Source: a virus
Virus record (IMG/VR): IMGVR_UViG_3300026290_000001
Length of the DNA stretch: 64,000 bases
Direction: 5' to 3' (one strand)
The notes under the pieces were generated by a model. The model did not search any database. It was not told the origin of the DNA and was given only the letters and a program-made list of their open reading frames with translations. Shown piece after piece: positions 57,725 through 64,000 of the stretch. Each line of letters begins with the position of its first letter. Position 1 is the first letter of the stretch. The translations under genes and the position numbers were made by a program.

Positions 57725-58546
57725 TTAAGGATTTTCTATTACTTTAGCAGGTCTATATTTATCTTTATAATTATGCCATGCTTTTCTCTGCCATTCTAAT
57801 TGTTTTTCCCTCCAACAACTCCTACAAAATTTTCTTCTATTAGATGTTGCTTTTATTAATTTTCCACATTCATTACAATTAATAATTTTTGGATTACCAT
57901 TATACAAATCAAAGTAATATCCAATATTATCAAAGGTAGTTATTTCAAAAACTACTATTCCATTTTCCTTGATATTATTCATAAATATAAGATGAATTTT
58001 CCCCTTCATTCTAACATCAACCAATCCTAAAATCTCTAATTCATTAATTATGGCATTTATTTTATACTCATTATTAGATATTTTAGACACTTCTAATATC
58101 TCATTATATGTATTTTGATTACCACTTATATAATTATATTTTAAAACATTTCCGTATTTTAATTTATGTATTTCTTTATATATCTTCATTTCTACTAACA
58201 AAACAAACAGAATTTTTTTATAATTATACTCTATATCTAAATTATTAATGTATTCAATTTCTTCGTTTGTTATAGGAATACTATCAATAATTATTAAAGG
58301 GTTATCTTTTCTACCTCCTTTTTTGAGTGCAGTATTAATTTGTTTGAAATATAAAACATCATTGAAATTAACTATATACTTCTTGCAAAATTCATATAAT
58401 TTTTCTTTTCGTTGTTTAGGTTTTATGCCAAGTTTTTTCCAATATTTAACTAACAAAACCAATTCATAATTATGACGTTCAGTTAAAAATCCATGTTGTT
58501 CAATTTGTTTTGCATATTCTTCTTCATTGTATTTTTCTTGAATCAA
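57725..58546 (-). CDS. hypothetical protein with C-terminal zinc finger
   Basis: CNECGK...CRSC motif. Confidence 0.3.
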   Translation of the reverse strand: MIQEKYNEEEYAKQIEQHGFLTERHNYELVLLVKYWKKLGIKPKQRKEKLYEFCKKYIVNFNDVLYFKQINTALKKGGRKDNPLIIIDSIPITNEEIEYINNLDIEYNYKKILFVLLVEMKIYKEIHKLKYGNVLKYNYISGNQNTYNEILEVSKISNNEYKINAIINELEILGLVDVRMKGKIHLIFMNNIKENGIVVFEITTFDNIGYYFDLYNGNPKIINCNECGKLIKATSNRRKFCRSCWREKQLEWQRKAWHNYKDKYRPAKVIENP

Positions 58547-61347
58547 ATAATCACTTCTTCCAACTTGTACTTTTTATTCAAGTAAACAATACCCCCTTCT
58601 TTATTAGGCATGGGAAAAAATATAGATTCTTTTGTGTTTGATTTAATATTTGAAAAAATATACTTACCAAAGGAATTCCATAAAATATCTTTGTTTGAAC
58701 TTTTATATTCACAATAAAATATTTCAACTAAATAATTAGTTAATTCATATGCGTATGAACATATTTCAAACATTCTACTTTTAAAGTCATCATAAATATT
58801 ATTTACAATACGATCAGATTCTTCATCAAATTGCTCTTTGTTGGCATTTTGATTAATACCCATAGTATTCAAGTCTTTTAATTCTTTCATAAATTTTTTA
58901 TACTCATTTAATACTTTCTGATAGGTTTCTTGATTTTTAGGAATATCATTTTTCATATATAATTTATACAAATCACCTATTTTACTTGTTTTTAATTTAC
59001 TTTTAATATCAAAATCAACATTTTCAATATGTTTACACAATAAATTCATTACACTGTCACTATCAATTACTGGTAAAAATCTATAATATGCATCCACAAA
59101 AGACTGTTCTTTTTCATTACAATTTTCCTTAATTAATAGTTCATTTAATGTTAATCCAAATTTTTGCTGACTAGACAAATCGTTACTTTTGACATATTTT
59201 TTATATTTATTATAGGTATTTTTATAAAGATGAATAAAAAAATATGGATGTTTATCCAATAATATTTTATTTAAAAATTCCTTTTCTTTTTTAACTTTTT
59301 CATCATCATCTTTATAAATTTTTTGCCTTTCAATCCAAATCTTAGGAATGCCCTTAACTTTTTTACCTATTTTTGCTTTATCAATTTGAGCAGATTGAAG
59401 TTTCGTACACATTTTTAATCTATTTATCAATGTTTGATATTCCAAACTTTCTTTATTAAAAAGAGGGAGTAAGGCATAAGCACTTGTACTTTTATTTGTT
59501 ATAGAGCCTATAGTGGAACCAAAGGCGAAAAGATCAGCTTTATATAAATCTTCTTCTGTAAATACCATAGATATAGATTTAGGTGCATCATAAACCACTG
59601 GCAACTCATCTTGAAATATTGAATTTAATATTGTTTGATCAGAAGTAGTTGCAATAATATCAAAATCCCAATCACTTCCAGCCCAATTAAGAGTTTCATA
59701 ACCATGTATATTTACTATTACTCCACCATCATCACAATACTTATACCATTTATTTAATTTATCATGATTAATTAAATTTAATTTCAAATGTTCTGATTTA
59801 TAAGTAAGTGGTGCTCTCATTGAATCTACGATACAAACATTTTTTTTATTCCAATAATTACAATAATACTCTTTTTCTTTAAGCAATCCAGTAACCTTTT
59901 GCCCGCAAATATGTTGCATCATAGCATAGGGATCACTTACTAAAACCTGAAAATTTCCATCTAAAATAATTTCACCAAGACAACCTCTTTTTATGATATT
60001 GTTAGTATATTTATAAACTTTATCTCTGATATATTTATCATTTTTTAATTCATGATTAACTATCAAACTTTTTAACCAATAATTATTACTATACTTTAAA
60101 AAATATTGAATACTTTCTTGAGTTATATTTTCTCCTAATAAAAATAATAACGTATAATATATATTATCAAAATTGACCCCAGTAACCCAATCAACAAAAG
60201 GAGTACAAATCTTCTTAATATCTTTTTGGTTTAAATCCAAAGTCTGTAAAAATTGATAATTCATTTTTAATATATCATTAGGTTTTTTAGGAGAAGTTAA
60301 ACTAACACCCCATTTTAAATCATTCATCTCGCAATTATGTATATATTCTTCTAAACTACCAAACGCATTCCAAAGTTTAAATTGACTTTCCGATACAACC
60401 ACATCGATATCCCTTAAATCAACCTGTATTGGATTATTATTGTCTTTGTATATAGTATTTATTATATAATTACCATGATTTTCATTTTCACAATATTCAT
60501 CTATATCAAATACGCAGAGCATCCCTTTCAGAAAATTCTGCCTGACACAAAATTGACCAGGAATATAATCTAATCCTAATTCTTCTGCCCATTCTTTAGC
60601 TTTACTTGGTTTAATCAACCCTTGACCATCAAACCTATTAAAACTCAACTCTACTTCTTTAATTACAATATCATCATCTTTATTTTCTTCTGTTTCAGTT
60701 ACAAAATTAACATTAACTTTTTGCTTAATTTCATAATCAGGCACTACACAAAATTTAGGCGTACTTACTATTTTTGTAGATGAACCCGACAATCCTTTAT
60801 ATGCATTGTATTTAGAAGGGCATAGGGGTATATTTTTATCTCTATTATTATCTAAAATTTCATTAAGTTGATTTAAAATTTTCTCGTTGCAAAATACCAC
60901 TGTTGAAACTCTGGATTGACTGGCAGATGATGATAATCTAAAATACCGTTCAGAATTTAATAATAATCCATTTTTAAATAAATAATTATAATGTGAGTTA
61001 TGTTCCATTACTATAGTTATGTACTCAGGAATAAAAAGCATATCTAAAATATTATTTTGTAATTCTATTATTCTACTTGAGTTTTCCTTTGAATATATTT
61101 GTTTTTTTAACCTATCTCTTTCTTTATACCATTGTTCAAGTTGTATATAATTAATTTCTTTACCAGTTATTTTTCTAATACTTCTAAGAATTTGATTGTC
61201 TGATAAAGCAATTAACTCACCATTTTGTTTAGCTTGTTGTGGAGTTAATTGTATATCATACCCATATTCTTTAAGCCTAGATGATTTAAATTTCATAGTA
61301 TATAATTGTCTATTTATCAATATTTTTTGCCTCCAATAAATCTTCAT
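58543..61347 (-). CDS. large protein of unknown function (934 aa) with acidic motifs VFDIDE and SDWDFD
   Basis: Long uninterrupted ORF; no P-loop; acidic clusters could be metal-binding catalytic motifs (primase/polymerase-like), unassigned. Confidence 0.4.
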   Translation of the reverse strand: MKIYWRQKILINRQLYTMKFKSSRLKEYGYDIQLTPQQAKQNGELIALSDNQILRSIRKITGKEINYIQLEQWYKERDRLKKQIYSKENSSRIIELQNNILDMLFIPEYITIVMEHNSHYNYLFKNGLLLNSERYFRLSSSASQSRVSTVVFCNEKILNQLNEILDNNRDKNIPLCPSKYNAYKGLSGSSTKIVSTPKFCVVPDYEIKQKVNVNFVTETEENKDDDIVIKEVELSFNRFDGQGLIKPSKAKEWAEELGLDYIPGQFCVRQNFLKGMLCVFDIDEYCENENHGNYIINTIYKDNNNPIQVDLRDIDVVVSESQFKLWNAFGSLEEYIHNCEMNDLKWGVSLTSPKKPNDILKMNYQFLQTLDLNQKDIKKICTPFVDWVTGVNFDNIYYTLLFLLGENITQESIQYFLKYSNNYWLKSLIVNHELKNDKYIRDKVYKYTNNIIKRGCLGEIILDGNFQVLVSDPYAMMQHICGQKVTGLLKEKEYYCNYWNKKNVCIVDSMRAPLTYKSEHLKLNLINHDKLNKWYKYCDDGGVIVNIHGYETLNWAGSDWDFDIIATTSDQTILNSIFQDELPVVYDAPKSISMVFTEEDLYKADLFAFGSTIGSITNKSTSAYALLPLFNKESLEYQTLINRLKMCTKLQSAQIDKAKIGKKVKGIPKIWIERQKIYKDDDEKVKKEKEFLNKILLDKHPYFFIHLYKNTYNKYKKYVKSNDLSSQQKFGLTLNELLIKENCNEKEQSFVDAYYRFLPVIDSDSVMNLLCKHIENVDFDIKSKLKTSKIGDLYKLYMKNDIPKNQETYQKVLNEYKKFMKELKDLNTMGINQNANKEQFDEESDRIVNNIYDDFKSRMFEICSYAYELTNYLVEIFYCEYKSSNKDILWNSFGKYIFSNIKSNTKESIFFPMPNKEGGIVYLNKKYKLEEVII

Positions 61348-62554
61348 ACTCTAAAAAATTAAGTCCTAATTCTTTAAAATCATTCATTACATTATATTTA
61401 TAATTACGTACTTTATAATGTGAATACAATAAAGAACCACTTCTACTTTCTCGAATTCGTTTTCTAGGCATCATTAAAATATATCTATTTGCACCTTTTG
61501 ATTCAACAAATTTTAATTCCTTTAATATCAATTTTGCAAGATTAAGAATATTATCAGGATAATTATTAACCATTTTAAATCTAATATTATCAAGTTTATG
61601 ATCATCTTCTAAAAATAATAGATAAATAGGTTTATTATTAAATCGAGATAGTTCTTGCTTTAATTTATTTAATTCTAATTTTCTTTCTTCTTTATGTTTT
61701 TGGAATTGTTTAAAATATGATTCTTCATTTTTTCTAATAGTTTCTTGTCTTTTTAACTCTTTTTCCTTCTTTTTATCAGAATATTGTTTATTTTTATTAA
61801 ATACTTCTTCTGAAAGTAAAAAATTATTATTTTTAAAAATGAGTCCATTAATATCAATAATATATTTCTTAATATCTTTATCAAAAGATATTAATTTATT
61901 ATGCAACAAATGTCTTTTCTCGTTATCATAATATTTACCATTTGCAATTTTAAATCTAAAATCACTTAAGCCCAATATATTCAAATGAGTATAATTAAAC
62001 ATAAATAATTTGTACATTGGATCAAAATAAAAACCTGTAAATTGTTCTATTGCTTTATCTCTAAACCTATTTCCTATTTCTGCTTTTTCAATATATTTAT
62101 CCGTCCCTAAAATCCAAATATCATTTATATCTGCTAATTTATATAATTCATGTCTTTCTAAACATTCTGTTGCTATTGGACTACATTGAAATTCGAAAAC
62201 AAATCTTTTATCACCTATTTCAAAATACAAATCAGGTCTTTGCCTAGTTTCTGGTATATATGATTCTAACTTTATATTTGATAAACCATCTTGCTTTAAC
62301 AACCAATTATAAAGCATTATTTTACCTTTAATATGTTCGTCTGTTTCAGGTTCATAATAAATACCTTCACAATTAATATTTTTTTCTTTATGTCTAAAAT
62401 ATGGATAAACTATTTCTCCGTGACAATACTCATAAAAATTACCACAATCGGGACAAAGTAATCTATTTTCTTCAGACCATTTTTTTAGAATAAATTTATC
62501 ATATTTACCATCAAAACAATTAATAATTGTATTACCAATCTTACAAGTTAACAA
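61310..62554 (-). CDS. CoiA-like (competence protein CoiA family) nuclease-like protein
   Basis: N-terminal zinc finger CPDCG...H, then RQRPDLYFEIGDKRFVFEFQCSPIATECLERHELY...WILG matching the CoiA family signature. Confidence 0.5.
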   Translation of the reverse strand: MLTCKIGNTIINCFDGKYDKFILKKWSEENRLLCPDCGNFYEYCHGEIVYPYFRHKEKNINCEGIYYEPETDEHIKGKIMLYNWLLKQDGLSNIKLESYIPETRQRPDLYFEIGDKRFVFEFQCSPIATECLERHELYKLADINDIWILGTDKYIEKAEIGNRFRDKAIEQFTGFYFDPMYKLFMFNYTHLNILGLSDFRFKIANGKYYDNEKRHLLHNKLISFDKDIKKYIIDINGLIFKNNNFLLSEEVFNKNKQYSDKKKEKELKRQETIRKNEESYFKQFQKHKEERKLELNKLKQELSRFNNKPIYLLFLEDDHKLDNIRFKMVNNYPDNILNLAKLILKELKFVESKGANRYILMMPRKRIRESRSGSLLYSHYKVRNYKYNVMNDFKELGLNFLEYEDLLEAKNIDK

Positions 62555-62570
62555 TAAAATTATTCCTCCT

Positions 62571-62810
62571 TTAAACAGACAATATAAAAGCTAAAAAACA
62601 AAATGCGATAATGCCAATCACTATATTTGCAGTTGTATTTGCAACCGGATCAATAGTATTATTATTATTTTGCTTTACACTTGAATTTAAATAAAAATTA
62701 CTATTCCTTTTTGCATTTCTCTTTTTTCTATCATTCTCTCTTAATGCATAAGTAACTCCTCTTGCTATTGACCTATTTAAAACTCCATAATTTCTGGGTC
62801 TCATCATCAT
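62571..62810 (-). CDS. small membrane protein
   Basis: C-terminal hydrophobic helix. Confidence 0.3.
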   Translation of the reverse strand: MMMRPRNYGVLNRSIARGVTYALRENDRKKRNAKRNSNFYLNSSVKQNNNNTIDPVANTTANIVIGIIAFCFLAFILSV

Positions 62811-62830
62811 AATTTTTATTCCAACCTTCC

Positions 62831-63046
62831 TTAATTAATACCCACAATATCATCCATATCCTGTGCCAACTCACTATAATATTCTTTCTTACATTCCCAA
62901 TCACACCAAGGTGTTTCTGATCCTTCAGGTAATTGTTTAGAACATTTCCAACAGTATTTAAACAATTTTTCCTTAACTTTAAATCTACCGAAACTAGTAT
63001 TATTAATACCATTATTATATTTATCTTTTATTTCTCTCATTTCCAT
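62831..63046 (-). CDS. small zinc-finger protein
   Basis: CWKC...CDWEC. Confidence 0.3.
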   Translation of the reverse strand: MEMREIKDKYNNGINNTSFGRFKVKEKLFKYCWKCSKQLPEGSETPWCDWECKKEYYSELAQDMDDIVGIN

Positions 63047-63341
63047 ATTTCCTTCTCTTTCTAATTACTATTTGCAATACCTCATCTGTATTATTAAACA
63101 ACAATAAATCTAAATTATTGCCACATACAAAATTAGATACAATTCCATCTTTGTCTACTTTTTTCATAACCGCCCCATCTTCCTCAAAAAGCAAACTGCT
63201 CCCTTTAATTATTTTTATGTATGCTTGTTCTTTTGCCATATATATACCATCTAATAAATTTGAAATATTAATTATACCTGTCTCATCTTCCAATTCAAAT
63301 TCTGCATTATCGTTATAAATTAACTGACCGTATAATATCAT
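63021..63341 (-). CDS. hypothetical protein
   Basis: ORF. Confidence 0.3.
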   Translation of the reverse strand: MILYGQLIYNDNAEFELEDETGIINISNLLDGIYMAKEQAYIKIIKGSSLLFEEDGAVMKKVDKDGIVSNFVCGNNLDLLLFNNTDEVLQIVIRKRRKYGNERNKR

Positions 63342-63530
63342 ATATAAACCTCCAATTTTTTATTTAATTCTCAGCCTACATTCTTAAACTTTAAATCTTA
63401 CCTAACCCCCCTAAATTTTTATACACATTTTTACTATACTTACTGTAGAATTTCACTCTAAATTCAACGTGAATATGTTTTATGAAGTTCTATATGGTTA
63501 GAGTAGCAAAAGCGTTTTTAGAGTGAAATT

Positions 63531-63980
63531 CTATTGATTAGATAGTAATTTTTCTTTATGTTCCCTTACACGTTTAATTGCTAAATTAAAATATTGATCA
63601 TGTGGTTCACTCAGACTCCATTCAAAACCTATGTAATTTCTTTCAGTATTTAAACAAGCTATCGCTGTTGTGCCTGAACCTATGCAATTATCTAAGACTA
63701 AATCTCCTTCATTTGTATATGTTTTAATTAGATATTCAAATAATTTTACTGGTTTTTGAGTGGGGTGTGGTAATTTTTCTTTAGAATTTGAATTAACTAT
63801 AGGATTATATATTACAGTTGATGGATTTTTTAATTTTGCATTGTACACATCATAACTTCTTCCAGCATAATCTGTATTAAAAACAATTTCATTATCTTTT
63901 CTTTTTGAGATAGAACTTCTAAAATTAATATTATTATTTTCTTGCATTTGTTTCATTCTTTCGCTTTTACGTTCTATCAT
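63531..63980 (-). CDS. DNA methyltransferase C-terminal portion (N6/N4 beta-class; AdoMet-binding FxGSGTT region) - possibly truncated or split
   Basis: HPTQKPVKLFEYLIKTYTNEGDLVLDNCIGSGTTAIA matches the TQKP...DPFxGSGTT region; no DPPY-type catalytic motif in the 149 aa, and an in-frame stop lies just upstream of the ATG. Confidence 0.5.
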   Translation of the reverse strand: MIERKSERMKQMQENNNINFRSSISKRKDNEIVFNTDYAGRSYDVYNAKLKNPSTVIYNPIVNSNSKEKLPHPTQKPVKLFEYLIKTYTNEGDLVLDNCIGSGTTAIACLNTERNYIGFEWSLSEPHDQYFNLAIKRVREHKEKLLSNQ

Positions 63981-64000
63981 TTGTCTATTATATGTATATT

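Noticed and set aside
62773-63012. 79-aa - strand ORF overlapping 62831..63046 in another frame
   Set aside because: Overlaps the zinc-finger ORF (which has a coherent Cys motif) almost completely; treated as an alternative-frame artefact.

Overview
AT-rich tailed-phage (or prophage) genome segment, most likely from an anaerobic Firmicutes/Clostridia-type host (anaerobic class III ribonucleotide reductase, lipoprotein moron, copper-amine-oxidase-N-terminal-like domains). Positions 1-11.3 kb are a + strand early / nucleotide-metabolism module: an intein-containing RecD-like helicase, a sigma-like factor, NrdH-like redoxin, NrdD, NrdG, dUTPase, a ThyX-like protein, a P-loop kinase and a HAD nucleotidase. 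Positions 11.8-64 kb are a - strand late module: lysis cassette, XerD-like recombinase, tail fibres/tailspike, baseplate, a 2014-aa tape measure, a second tyrosine recombinase, tail and capsid genes, a homing-endonuclease-like gene, portal, large terminase, a tRNA-Thr, and accessory genes (sHsp-like, metallophosphatase, CoiA-like, 934-aa unknown, DNA methyltransferase fragment). The most notable items are: (1) an IscB-type (PLMP + RuvC + HNH) RNA-guided nuclease gene with a structured upstream non-coding region consistent with an omega-RNA, inserted in the tail-fibre module; (2) a pair of near-identical, partly palindromic 22-bp sites in direct orientation flanking the whole lysis cassette, next to a XerD-like recombinase on one side and an integrase pseudogene on the other; (3) an in-frame LAGLIDADG-type intein splitting the Walker A P-loop of the helicase; (4) a tail-fibre gene whose 3' end is strikingly GC-rich and encodes a C-type-lectin/FGE-like motif reminiscent of a diversity-generating-retroelement variable region, with no reverse transcriptase or template repeat in the window. 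All calls come from reading the sequence and ORF translations by eye; no database searches were run.
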